A DNA stretch of 64,000 nt from Pseudomonadota bacterium (GCA_040385745.1 JAZKGU010000053.1:10097-74096), one strand, 5' to 3'; counted from the stretch's first letter, positions 9,226 through 20,171 are shown. The notes: generated by a model from the letters alone, not told the origin. Program-made: numbers and translations.

Positions 9226-11304
9226 ATGCTCGACGCGGTGCGCGAGAGCGGTGCGCGGCTCCAGGAACTGGGCTCGGTTCTGTGGCGCTGTTTTTACAGC
9301 GTCAGCCTGACCGTGCTCGGGGTTGTCGGACTGGCCTTTGTGCCGCAAGGCAAGGAATGCCTGCGCCTGATGAGCGAGCCGGGCTGGAACTTTCCGCTCT
9401 TCCTGTTCTCTGTGACCATCTGGTCGCTGGCGGCCTGGTACAGCGCGCGCCTGACCCTGGGCCGGGTGTTCGAGACCAGCTCGGTCATCGACCTTACCGA
9501 TACACGCTTCATCAACTTCATGCGCCTGTGGCTTCCGCGCACGCTGGGCGTACTGCCGGGCAGCGTGCTCACTTGCCAGTTCTACCTGCTGGGTGCGAAT
9601 GTGCTGGCGCTGGCCTGCGCCGGCGTCACGCTTGCCATCGGCCTGTTTGTGCTCAAGCGGCGCGCCTGGTTCGAGCGCCACTTTGGCGGCTGGGAAACGG
9701 GGCGCGAACGCTCGGTGCGCTTTGCCTGCCTGAAGCGGCGCACCGTGATCACTGTGGTCAGCGCGATTGGCCTGTCCTTTGTGCTGCTGGCGGCGATCTG
9801 GTGGCAGCCGGTCGCGGTGACGGCGGTGGTCACCGCGCCTGTGCTGCTGTGCCTGGCGCTGGCTAGCTGGATCCTGTTCGGCGACCTGGTGCTGACCTAT
9901 TTCTTCAAGCAGGCGCGCCTGCCCTCGATGGCGGCTGCGCCGCTGGCGCTGTTCATCGTGTTCAGCTTCTGGAACGACAATCACGGCGTCGATCTGGTGG
10001 CGGGCGACGCCGGTCCGGTGCTGCGGCGTGGCGTCGGCGAGCGGCTCGACGCCTGGCTCGAAGCACGTGCTAGCAGTGGCGAGCTGCAGCCGGGCAAAAC
10101 CTTTCCGGTCTACCTGGTGGCGTCCGAAGGCGGCGGGATTCGCGCTGCCTACTGGGCCGGCATGGTGCTGGCCAAGTTGCAGGACGACAGCCAGGAGCGT
10201 TTCGCGCGCCACCTGTTTGCCTTGTCAGGCGTGTCGGGCGGGGCGCTGGCCAGCGCCACTTTTGCCGCACTGGTGGCCGACAGCGGCGCCAACACGCTGG
10301 GCACAGCCCCCTGCGCAGCGGGCGCCAGGACGCGCCTGTACCAGCAGTGCACGCGCCAGGTGCTGCGCCGGGATTTCCTTTCGCCCACGCTGGGCTACCT
10401 GCTCTATCCGGACATGCTGCAGCGCTTCCTGCCGCTGCCCATTCCGAAGGCGGACCGGGCGCGCGCCATGGAAACTTCGTGGGCGGCTGCGTGGCGTCAG
10501 GCCACCGGCAGTAGCCGCCTGCAGGAGCGGTTCGACCAGTTGTGGAAGGGCGACAAGACGCTTGGCGTACCCTCGCTGCTGCTTAATGCCACGCTGGTCA
10601 ATGGCGGCAATCGCCTCATCACGAGCGACGTGGTGATCGACGGGCGCTTTCCCGATGCTTACGATAGCTTCGATCCCTTGCTGGACTTGCGCCAGATCAG
10701 CCTGGCCTCGGCGGTGCACAACAGCGCCCGCTTCAGCTACCTGAGCCCGGCCGGCACGGTGTATGGTTGCCAGGAGCGCGAGCGCTTTGTCGCCTGTGAC
10801 CCCAGCCGCACGCGCACAGCATGGGGGCGCGTGATCGATGGCGGCTATTTCGAAAGCTCGGGCGTGGAAGCTGTGCGCGACCTCCTGTTTGCCATGCGAC
10901 CCATGATCGCCAAGTGGAGCGAGCGCGGTTTTCACATCGATCCGGTGGTGCTGGTGATCAGCAATGCGCCCGGTGCGATGGCGCCCAGCGGCAAGCAGGA
11001 CCCGCGCAAGACGCGCATGGAAATGACGTTTCTGTCGGAAATTTTGGCGCCGCCGCTGGGACTGTTCAAGGCCGGCTTCGCGCGCGCCACTTTTGCCGTG
11101 GCGGCCGAGCGGCGCGACATGGAAGCGGTGCTGCCGGTCGACCCGGACCGTTTCATCTGGTTTGGCATGCGCACCGAACACCACACGCCGCTGGGCTGGG
11201 CGCTGTCGGAACACACTTTCAATGGCATTGACGCTCTGTTGAGCGCGCCGCACGCTGCAAAATTGCCATTTGCCAAAGTGCTGGGCCGGCTGCCGCCGCC
11301 TTAG
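9226..11304 (+). CDS. Polytopic-membrane patatin-like phospholipase
   Basis: The track ORF 8815..11304 overlaps orn. The in-frame ATG at 9226, preceded by gagggg, gives 692 aa. The N-terminal ~300 aa holds about seven hydrophobic segments. These are followed by GGGIRAAYW (oxyanion hole), GVSGG (GxSxG) and IDGGYFESSG (catalytic Asp). Confidence 0.8.
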   Translation: MLDAVRESGARLQELGSVLWRCFYSVSLTVLGVVGLAFVPQGKECLRLMSEPGWNFPLFLFSVTIWSLAAWYSARLTLGRVFETSSVIDLTDTRFINFMRLWLPRTLGVLPGSVLTCQFYLLGANVLALACAGVTLAIGLFVLKRRAWFERHFGGWETGRERSVRFACLKRRTVITVVSAIGLSFVLLAAIWWQPVAVTAVVTAPVLLCLALASWILFGDLVLTYFFKQARLPSMAAAPLALFIVFSFWNDNHGVDLVAGDAGPVLRRGVGERLDAWLEARASSGELQPGKTFPVYLVASEGGGIRAAYWAGMVLAKLQDDSQERFARHLFALSGVSGGALASATFAALVADSGANTLGTAPCAAGARTRLYQQCTRQVLRRDFLSPTLGYLLYPDMLQRFLPLPIPKADRARAMETSWAAAWRQATGSSRLQERFDQLWKGDKTLGVPSLLLNATLVNGGNRLITSDVVIDGRFPDAYDSFDPLLDLRQISLASAVHNSARFSYLSPAGTVYGCQERERFVACDPSRTRTAWGRVIDGGYFESSGVEAVRDLLFAMRPMIAKWSERGFHIDPVVLVISNAPGAMAPSGKQDPRKTRMEMTFLSEILAPPLGLFKAGFARATFAVAAERRDMEAVLPVDPDRFIWFGMRTEHHTPLGWALSEHTFNGIDALLSAPHAAKLPFAKVLGRLPPP

Positions 11305-11395
11305 TTTCTTTTCCGAATCGGGGCAGTATGTTGCTTGACGAACGGAACCGGAGTCAGGCGCAGGGTATCGTGGACCTTCACATAACGAGAAGGAG

Positions 11396-11572
11396 ATGGC
11401 CATGACCCAGCCAACCAACGATAAGAAGCAGCAAGAGCGTGACAACCAGCAAGCGCAACTGGAAGCTGAAAACAATCGCCAGAGCGCCATGGAGCACGAG
11501 ATCGAAGGCCGCCACAAGCAGGACGGCCAGAAAGATCACAAGGGCGCTGACAAGGGCCCGCGCGGCCAGTAA
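11396..11572 (+). CDS. Small, highly charged hydrophilic protein (56-58 aa), hypothetical
   Basis: Below the track's size cut-off. GAGAAGGAGA SD, then ATGGCCATG. Translation: (MA)MTQPTNDKKQQERDNQQAQLEAENNRQSAMEHEIEGRHKQDGQKDHKGADKGPRGQ*. Third codon positions are mostly G/C, as in neighbouring genes. Confidence 0.45.
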   Translation: MAMTQPTNDKKQQERDNQQAQLEAENNRQSAMEHEIEGRHKQDGQKDHKGADKGPRGQ

Positions 11573-11589
11573 GGCCGGCACGGCGGCCG

Positions 11590-12138
11590 CTATCTGGCTG
11601 CCGCCGTGTAAATCCCCAGACATTTGCTGGCAGGGTGGGCCGCGGCCGAGCGCGCCTGCTGATCGGCGCTGCGGGTGCCGGCGTCGCCCTGGTACACCAC
11701 GCAGGCGCCATCGCGCGCGATACGGCTGGCCGTCAGAATTGATCCGGCCGCTACCCGTGGCCCTTCAAAATCGGAGTTGATGGTATTGAGGCGCACCAGC
11801 AGTGCCGATGGCGCCAGCTTGCCGTCGCGAATGCCAACGCGCCATTCGGCCTTGCGTCCCACATACGAGTAGCCCGGCGTTACCACCTCCCAAAATTCAA
11901 GCGGATAGACCCGGCCCTGCGGCGTTACGATATCGATCGACGTCTGGGCGCTGGCCTCGTGCACCAGCAGCGAGTACCCGGCTACCCCGGTGCAGCGGCG
12001 GGTGCTGGCGCCGCTGTGGCGGTCGGCTTCGATGGTCTTGCACGATTTGCCGTGCAGGTCGGTAAATACGCTGGCCGCCCCGTAGGCGGGCCCTGCCGCC
12101 ACGACAAGGGCGGCGCTAAGTATGCAGTAACGCAACAT
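11590..12138 (-). CDS. Hypothetical secreted protein
   Basis: 182 aa. N-terminal signal peptide (MLRYCILSAALVVAAGPAYGAAS) and four Cys in the mature part. No family recognised. Confidence 0.55.
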   Translation of the reverse strand: MLRYCILSAALVVAAGPAYGAASVFTDLHGKSCKTIEADRHSGASTRRCTGVAGYSLLVHEASAQTSIDIVTPQGRVYPLEFWEVVTPGYSYVGRKAEWRVGIRDGKLAPSALLVRLNTINSDFEGPRVAAGSILTASRIARDGACVVYQGDAGTRSADQQARSAAAHPASKCLGIYTAAAR

Positions 12139-12263
12139 GGGATTCCTTCACGATGGCAGGCTCGACCAGTCCATCGTAACGGCCAGCCGGACTGGACTGT
12201 TTGTAAATCGTCAAGCTATGCGGCAATGCGCGCCTGTGATTTAATGCATGATTTTTTTGGTGC

Positions 12264-13441
12264 ATGACTAACTCCAACAAGCAGCCTTCCCCGTGGGCCC
12301 AATTGCTTCCCCCGGCCACGACGGCGGGGCGTATCGAACAGTTGCGCGCTGCCGCTGGCGCACTGGTGGCGATGCTCCTGACTGCCTACCTCAGCACGCT
12401 GTTCCCGGGCGCCGCCACGGCCTGGCTGATCGCCCCGATGGGCGCGTCGGCGGTGCTGCTTTTCTGCCTGCATGGCAGTCCCCTCGCGCAACCGTGGCCA
12501 GTTATCATCGGCAATACCATGTCGGCGCTGGTGGGCGTGACATGCGCCAGCCAGGTGGCCGATCCCATGCTGGCGGCGCCGCTGGCCGGCGGCCTGGCCA
12601 TCCTGCTGATGTTTTTGACGCGTTCGCTGCACCCGCCGGGCGGCGCGGTGGCCCTGACGGCGGTGCTGGCCGGTCCCGAGGTGCACGCCCTCGGCTACCA
12701 GTTCGCGCTGCTGCCGGTGGCGCTCAATTCGACCCTGATGGTGTTAGCGGCGCTGATCTTCAATAACGCCACCGGGCGCCGCTATCCGCATTTTGTGCGT
12801 TCGACCCTGGACCACCCGCACGCCACGGCCGACGTGGCGCCGACTGCGCGCCTGGGTTTTCAGCGCGCCGATCTGGACGCCGTACTGGAGCGCTACGGCC
12901 AGGTGCTCGACGTCGCGCGCGACGATCTGGAAGACATCATATTGGCCACCGAAGCACATGCTTACGAGCGGCGTTTCGGCGTGATCACTTGCGGCGCCGT
13001 GATGTCGAAGGATGTGGTGACGGCCGAATTTGGGACCGAACTGGGCGAGGCCTGGCGCAGCATGCGCTACCACCACGTGCACGCCATGCCGGTGCTCAAT
13101 CGCGCCCGGCGCGTGATCGGCATGGTGTCGCAGGCGGACTTTCTGCGCCACAGCGACCTGGATGATTTTCGCACCCTGCGCGCGCGCCTGCTGGCGCTGA
13201 TCCGGCGCAGCCCGTTCGTCCATTCTGAAAAGCCCGAGGTGGTGGGCCAGATCATGAGCGTGGAGGTGAAGTCGGCCTATGTGCACACGCCGATTGTGGA
13301 ACTGGTGCCGCTCATGGCCAACACGGGTCTGCACCATATTCCGGTGCTCGACGCCGAAGACCGCTTTGCCGGCCTGGTTACCCAGTCCGACGTGATCGCG
13401 GCGCTGTATCAGGAACGCCTGTCGGAACCGGACGCGCAGGC

Positions 13442-13445
<4 letters not shown>
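12264..13445 (+). CDS. HPP family membrane protein with C-terminal CBS pair
   Basis: 393 aa. TM-rich N-terminus containing the LHPPGGAVAL (HPP) motif. Two CBS-like repeats at the C-terminus. Confidence 0.8.
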
Positions 13446-14971
<1,526 letters not shown>

Positions 14972-15148
14972 AACTCCGCGTGATTAGCAGCTTGCGGGTA
15001 GGGCGCCGTCATCATTGCCATGCTTTCCTTGAAAGTGAATTGTAATAATTGTTACCAACAATTCACACCATAGGCCAGCTTGAACAACATTGCAAACTCG
15101 TGCCATGCGTCAACCCGTATATGGGTCAGGCCGCGCACAGCTTGACAC

Positions 15149-15844
15149 TCAGGCCGCGCTGTCGGCGCCGCAGCACTTCTTGAATTTTTTGCCGCTGCCG
15201 CATGGGCAGTCATCGTTACGGCCTACCTTAGGTTCGTCGCGCTTGAGCGTTTGCACGGCCGGCTTGCGCAGCGGGACCCAGAAGCGGTAGATGGCTGGCA
15301 GGTTGGCTTCGATTTCCAGCGCCAGCTTGTGACCCTTAACCGGAGTGTTGACCTGCTCGAGTTCTTCTTCTTCGATCTCGTCGGCGCCGAGCAGGTAGAT
15401 CGGGCGCATCAATGGAGCCAGGTCCGATTCCCAGATTGGGTTCCAGGAGCCGGGACGCAGCTCCATGCCTTCCCAGAAGCCCCAGCACCAGGCTTCGGCG
15501 TCGATCAGGCTTTCGCCCTCGTGCTCGTGCTCGCAGAACAGCGGCTCGAATTCCTTGGGCGCGACTTCAAAGGTCACCAGCACTTCGTTCATGAAGCGCA
15601 TGATGAGGTTGACGATTTTTTCTTCTTCCTTGGCGTTCTTCCACTTGGGTGTGGCATCGGCGTCCTCGCCCCACACCTTGACCAGCCACTCGGCCGGCAT
15701 GATGGTCTCGGGACCGATGGCGATGGCCGTCAGGTAGCCGTGCAGGGTGTCCATGGTCATGGCATCGTCGGACGAACGCTCCGAGAGCAGGAACTGATCG
15801 AGTTCGTTAAATTCTTTTTCCGACAGGGGCTGGTCGAGTTGCAT
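15149..15844 (-). CDS. YecA/UPF0149 family protein with C-terminal SEC-C metal-binding motif
   Basis: Start placed at internal Met ([20 protein letters not shown], cat at 15842-15844). This avoids overlapping start codons with the divergent gene. The C-terminus is [14 protein letters not shown]. Confidence 0.8.
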   Translation of the reverse strand: MQLDQPLSEKEFNELDQFLLSERSSDDAMTMDTLHGYLTAIAIGPETIMPAEWLVKVWGEDADATPKWKNAKEEEKIVNLIMRFMNEVLVTFEVAPKEFEPLFCEHEHEGESLIDAEAWCWGFWEGMELRPGSWNPIWESDLAPLMRPIYLLGADEIEEEELEQVNTPVKGHKLALEIEANLPAIYRFWVPLRKPAVQTLKRDEPKVGRNDDCPCGSGKKFKKCCGADSAA

Positions 15845-15938
15845 GGTGGGGCTCTTAATCATCAGTGAAGGCACTAGTTTAACGCCTGGGGGTCCAATCA
15901 ACCTACTGAAACCTCGCCCCAGCTTTACAATAGCGTTC

Positions 15939-16928
15939 ATGGACCCAATTGCGCACCACCCGTTTCAAGACCTCAATCCCGAATGCGTGCTCGATGCGCT
16001 CGACAGTGTGGGCATGTTCGCCGACGGTCGCCTGCTCGCTCTCAATAGCTATGAAAACCGGGTCTACCAGATCGGCATGGAAGAAGGGCCGCCGGTGGTG
16101 GCCAAGTTCTACCGTCCGCAGCGCTGGTCCGACGCCGCCATCCTGGAGGAGCACGCGTTCGTGCAGGAACTGGTCGAGCGCGAGATTCCCGTGGTGCCGG
16201 CGCTGACCCTGCAAGGGCGCACCCTGCACCAGTTCGGCGGCTTCAAGTTTGCCGTGTTCCCGCGCCGCGGTGGACGCGCGCCCGAGCTTGACGATCCGGC
16301 CACGCTTGAATGGACCGGGCGCTTCATCGGGCGCATCCATGCGGTGGGCGCGCTCAAAACGTATGAACAGCGCCCGGCGCTCGACCCCGACACCTTCGGG
16401 CGCGAGCCGCGCGAGTATTTGCTGGCCAACGGTTTCATTCCGCCCGAACTGCTTGCAGCCTGGCGCAGCGTGGTCGACCAGGCGCTGGCCGGAGTGCGCC
16501 ACTGTTACGACCGGGCCGGCGCCAGCGCGGTGCTGCGCCTGCACGGCGACTGCCATGCGGGCAATGTGCTGTGGACCGACGACGGTCCCCATTTTGTCGA
16601 CTTCGACGACAGCCGCAGCGGCCCGGCCATCCAGGACCTGTGGATGCTGCTCTCGGGCGAGCGGGTCGACATGGTGCGCCAGATGAGCGACGTGCTGGCC
16701 GGGTACGAGGATTTTTGCGACTTCGATCCGCGCGAGCTGTACCTGGTCGAAGCGCTACGCACGCTGCGCCTGATTCACTATTCGGCCTGGCTGGCGCGGC
16801 GCTGGGACGACCCCGCGTTTCCTGCGGCTTTCCCATGGTTTAACACGCAACGCTACTGGCAGGATCGGATCCTGGAGCTGCGCGAACAGGTAGCGCTGAT
16901 GGACGAGCCGCCCCTGTGGCCATCCTGA
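15939..16928 (+). CDS. srkA: Stress-response serine/threonine kinase SrkA (YihE/RdoA family)
   Basis: ATG at 15939 ([15 protein letters not shown]...). Has [10 protein letters not shown], the [11 protein letters not shown] catalytic loop and DFDD. Confidence 0.85.
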   Translation: MDPIAHHPFQDLNPECVLDALDSVGMFADGRLLALNSYENRVYQIGMEEGPPVVAKFYRPQRWSDAAILEEHAFVQELVEREIPVVPALTLQGRTLHQFGGFKFAVFPRRGGRAPELDDPATLEWTGRFIGRIHAVGALKTYEQRPALDPDTFGREPREYLLANGFIPPELLAAWRSVVDQALAGVRHCYDRAGASAVLRLHGDCHAGNVLWTDDGPHFVDFDDSRSGPAIQDLWMLLSGERVDMVRQMSDVLAGYEDFCDFDPRELYLVEALRTLRLIHYSAWLARRWDDPAFPAAFPWFNTQRYWQDRILELREQVALMDEPPLWPS

Positions 16929-17034
16929 CGCACCCGATTCGACAATATGGTCAGAACCGCCACGGTTTTTAGCGCCTGACGAGCGGTTCGGCAGCTTGGC
17001 TTTTTCCTCGGGGCAAATACGGTACACTAGGCAG

Positions 17035-17751
17035 ATGCGAACCCTTCGTGCTTCCCTGTGCTTGCTGCTGATGCCGCTCGGTGCCGCCGCGGCAGACCTT
17101 GTTGTGCTGGTCGATACCGGGACCGAGATGCCGATGGCGCGCTTTGTCAATTACCGCCTGATCGACGGCATTCATCGCGACATCGGGCTTGAACTGGCGC
17201 GCCGCACTGGCCGCGTCGCCAGGTTCATGTCGCTGCCGCGCAAGCGCATCGCGCGTGCGCTCGAAGACGGTCACGCCGATGTACTGTGCAGTTATATGCC
17301 CGAGTGGCTGGACGGAAAATACCACTGGACCCAGCCATTCATCCCCATCGTTCAGGTGCTGGTGACCGACAAGAGCGTTCCCGCGCCCACGCATATATCC
17401 GAACTGGCCGGCAAACAGATAGGTACCGTGCTCGGGTATGCGCACCCGGAACTGGAAGCGCTGCTGGGGAAGCAATTTCTGCGCTCGGACGGCCCGACGA
17501 CGGAATCGAATCTACGCAAGGTCGGGGCCGGGCGGGTCAAGTACGCAGTGACGGGCAAGAGTTTTCTCGACTACCGGCTCAAAGTGGGCGACCCCATGCT
17601 GACCGTGCACCCACCGCTGGTGGTGTCGACCTACATGGGGCAGTGCGCGGTGTCACAGAAGGGTCGGGCCAAGCTGGCCGACATCGACCGCGCGATCGGA
17701 GCGATGCTGCGCGACGGGACTGTCAATACGATACTGGCGAAGTATCGCTAA
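17035..17751 (+). CDS. Periplasmic substrate-binding domain protein (family 3 SBP-like)
   Basis: ATG at 17035 gives the signal peptide MRTLRASLCLLLMPLGAAAADL. The fold-level call comes from overall resemblance to amino-acid ABC SBPs. No adjacent permease or ATPase. Confidence 0.6.
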   Translation: MRTLRASLCLLLMPLGAAAADLVVLVDTGTEMPMARFVNYRLIDGIHRDIGLELARRTGRVARFMSLPRKRIARALEDGHADVLCSYMPEWLDGKYHWTQPFIPIVQVLVTDKSVPAPTHISELAGKQIGTVLGYAHPELEALLGKQFLRSDGPTTESNLRKVGAGRVKYAVTGKSFLDYRLKVGDPMLTVHPPLVVSTYMGQCAVSQKGRAKLADIDRAIGAMLRDGTVNTILAKYR

Positions 17752-17769
17752 AGTTGCAGCACTGAGGCC

Positions 17770-18141
17770 TTAAGGCCCGACGGCGACTTTTTCGATGAAG
17801 TGCTCCGACTCGCCGAAGCATGAGGAGGGCACGCCCTTGTGCTGGGCATAGGTCAATACCACGCGCTTGCCGGTAGCGGCCATCAGCGCCTTGGCGATTT
17901 CCTCGTTGCGCACGGAGAAAGCGAAGCGCTCGGGAATGGCGCCGGGCATGCTTGAGAGCAGGAGCTCGCCTTCCCAGGTTTTGCAGATCCAGCCTTTTTT
18001 CGAGAACTTTTGCAGATAGCCTGCGCGTTCGCCCTCCGAGTATGACCAGCTCAGCGTGAACCAGGTGTACAGCGCGAACATGGCGATGAGCACGCCAATG
18101 AGCGACAGGACGATGGCGGAAGCGCGTTTAGCAATAGGCAT
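17770..18141 (-). CDS. Hypothetical membrane-anchored protein
   Basis: 123 aa with a single N-terminal TM helix (AIVLSLIGVLIAMFALYTWF). Coding-like GC3. Confidence 0.55.
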   Translation of the reverse strand: MPIAKRASAIVLSLIGVLIAMFALYTWFTLSWSYSEGERAGYLQKFSKKGWICKTWEGELLLSSMPGAIPERFAFSVRNEEIAKALMAATGKRVVLTYAQHKGVPSSCFGESEHFIEKVAVGP

Positions 18142-18188
18142 AGTGGCAATATTGGGTTGAAAGGCGCCATTCTGACACGGATGGCGAA

Positions 18189-19226
18189 TTATTCAAGCGC
18201 TAAGTCCTGCCGCTGTTTGTAGCGGTACGAAGACCACAGCGACACCAGGATGAACGCCACGCCCGACAGGCCCGTGAACCATTCGGGGATGTGATAGCGC
18301 ACGCTCACGAACATGATGAAGGCCAAAATGCCGATGGCGTAATGGGCCCCATGTTCGAGGTAGACGAATTCCTGCAGCGTCCCCTTGTCGACCAGGTAGA
18401 CCGTCATGGAGCGCACGAACATGGCGCCGATGGCCAGCCCCAGCATGATGATGACAACGTCGTTGGTGATGGCAAAGGCGCCGATGACGCCGTCGAAGCT
18501 GAACGAGGCATCGAGTACTTCCAGGTACATGAAGCCGCCGAAGCTGCCGCGCGAGACCATCTGGCCAATGGTGGGGTCGTGCTCTTCCTCCTCGAGCAGG
18601 CCGCTGAGCCAGTTCACGCCTACATAAATGACCACCCCGAGCACCCCGGAGGCAAGTACGCTCAGCTTGCGCGCTTCGGGGACCAGGGCCATGGCGCCGT
18701 ACGAGGCACACAGGGTCAGCAGCACGGCCAGGCTCTCGCTGCCGTACTTGCCTACTTTTTCTTCGATCCAGCCGAGCCAGTGCAGTTCCTTGTCCGAGTC
18801 GAACAAGAAGTTAAGAAAAACCAGTAACAAAAAGGCGCCGCCGAAGGTGGCCACCTCGGCGTGGTTGTCGGTCAGGTGGCGCGAGTATTCGTCCGGGCGG
18901 GCCAGCGCCAGTTGCCAGACGTCGAGCATGCTCAGGCCGGTGGCGACGGCGACGATGAGCAAAGGGAACACCAGCCTCATGCCGAACACGGCCACGAGGA
19001 TGCCGACGGTGAGGAAGAGTTTGCGCCAGAACGCGTCCCAGTGGCGCAATACGGAGGCGTTGACGACCGCGTTGTCGAAGGAGAGCGACACTTCGAGCAC
19101 GCCCAGCACGGCCGAAATCCACAGGGCCGTCAACATGCCCGGCAGGCCGCCACGGCTGTAACCCCACCAGCCCGCCACGACCATCAGGGCGACGGTAACG
19201 GCAATGGAAAGCCTGAAGTGTTTCAT
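18189..19226 (-). CDS. DUF475/TerC-like integral membrane protein
   Basis: 345 aa, polytopic. Has the SLSFDNAVVNA and SFSFDGVIGAF repeats characteristic of DUF475. Confidence 0.75.
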   Translation of the reverse strand: MKHFRLSIAVTVALMVVAGWWGYSRGGLPGMLTALWISAVLGVLEVSLSFDNAVVNASVLRHWDAFWRKLFLTVGILVAVFGMRLVFPLLIVAVATGLSMLDVWQLALARPDEYSRHLTDNHAEVATFGGAFLLLVFLNFLFDSDKELHWLGWIEEKVGKYGSESLAVLLTLCASYGAMALVPEARKLSVLASGVLGVVIYVGVNWLSGLLEEEEHDPTIGQMVSRGSFGGFMYLEVLDASFSFDGVIGAFAITNDVVIIMLGLAIGAMFVRSMTVYLVDKGTLQEFVYLEHGAHYAIGILAFIMFVSVRYHIPEWFTGLSGVAFILVSLWSSYRYKQRQDLALE

Positions 19227-19370
19227 GGTGATCCCTCGCGATGGTGGAAAGGCGACGTGGGAGCAGTGTAACCGGAGGGGGCAGGCCGGCGGCGCAGCTT
19301 AACCGCTGCCAACGGAGGGCGTGTTTCGCTTCTTGATGGCCGTTGGATTCTCCTTACCCACTACCGCCAC

Positions 19371-19455
19371 CCCGTCTTCCCCGCGAAGGCGGGGATCCAT
19401 AGCGCGTCAACACAGAGTTGGTGTGCTATAGGCCCCCGCCTTCGCGGGGGAGACG
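19371..19455. repeat. Extragenic palindromic element, family 1, copy A
   Basis: Two inverted ~33-nt units (cgtcttccccgcgaaggcggggatccatagcgc / gtgctataggcccccgccttcgcgggggagacg). Each contains its own ccccgc-gaag-gcgggg hairpin. Same unit occurs at 47065-47153 and 57157-57277. Confidence 0.85.
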
Positions 19456-19572
19456 CAGATGCTTCTTCAGGTATATGAAGCTTCGACTCCACCTCCGATT
19501 GATCGAGATTGAGGTGGCCGCGTCATCGTGGTTCTGCGATAATTCCCGCCAATCAAGAAAATCGGATATCGC

Positions 19573-19989
19573 ATGGACCTCGCTTACCTCATCACCCCCT
19601 TCCTCACCTGGTTGCTGGTCGGTCCGATCAAGTTTTTGATTAATAGCGCGCGCCAGCGCACCTGGGCCTTTAATTTGGTCGGCAATGGCGGTTTTCCCAG
19701 CAACCATAGTTCAGTCGTCACCAGCATGGCCACCCTGATCGCCCTGCGCGAGGGAATGGACCACCCGGCCTTCGGCGTGGCCGTGACGCTGGCGTTCATT
19801 GTCATGATCGACGCCAATAGCCTGCGCCAGCACGTCGGTCGCCAGGCCGGCGCCATCAACCGGATCGCCGCCGGCGCCCAGGATCACGCGCTGCTGCGCG
19901 AACGGATGGGGCACACCCTAGTGGAAATTGGCGGCGGCATCGTGACCGGCATCGCCATGGGTTTTCTGGTCTTTCACCTGTTCGATTGA
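19573..19989 (+). CDS. Divergent PAP2 family membrane protein (DUF212-like)
   Basis: 138 aa. GGFPSNHSSVVTSMA motif and TM helices. Confidence 0.75.
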   Translation: MDLAYLITPFLTWLLVGPIKFLINSARQRTWAFNLVGNGGFPSNHSSVVTSMATLIALREGMDHPAFGVAVTLAFIVMIDANSLRQHVGRQAGAINRIAAGAQDHALLRERMGHTLVEIGGGIVTGIAMGFLVFHLFD

Positions 19990-20033
19990 TGCGGCGGGGA
20001 GGGATTAAGTTGCTGCATTTCAAGCCCTCGAAA

Positions 20034-20075
20034 TGCAGTTCAGTCCCCAAAAAGTGCAGTTCAGCCCCCTAAAAG
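20034..20075 (+). repeat. Two tandem 21-bp direct repeats upstream of the RND operon promoter
   Basis: tgcagttcagtccccaaaaag / tgcagttcagccccctaaaag, followed by a degenerate third unit (accagtccaacc...). Confidence 0.7.
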
Positions 20076-20095
20076 ACCAGTCCAACCTTCTGCGA

Positions 20096-20124
20096 TTGAC
20101 GGGTATATGCACCTCGCGGATACT
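20096..20124 (+). promoter_or_regulatory. Candidate sigma70 promoter of the RND efflux operon
   Basis: TTGACG, a 17-nt spacer, then GATACT. Lies about 45 nt upstream of the MFP start. Confidence 0.4.
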
Positions 20125-20171
20125 CCTACGCTTCTAGTTTCATTCTATTTTTTTATCCGGAGATTTTGAAC

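Noticed and set aside
15938-15941. Track ORFs imply divergent genes whose start codons overlap (15149-15940 minus and 15843-16928 plus).
   Set aside because: Internal starts (15844 for the YecA-like gene, 15939 for srkA) give N-termini typical of each family. They also leave a normal ~94-bp divergent promoter region.
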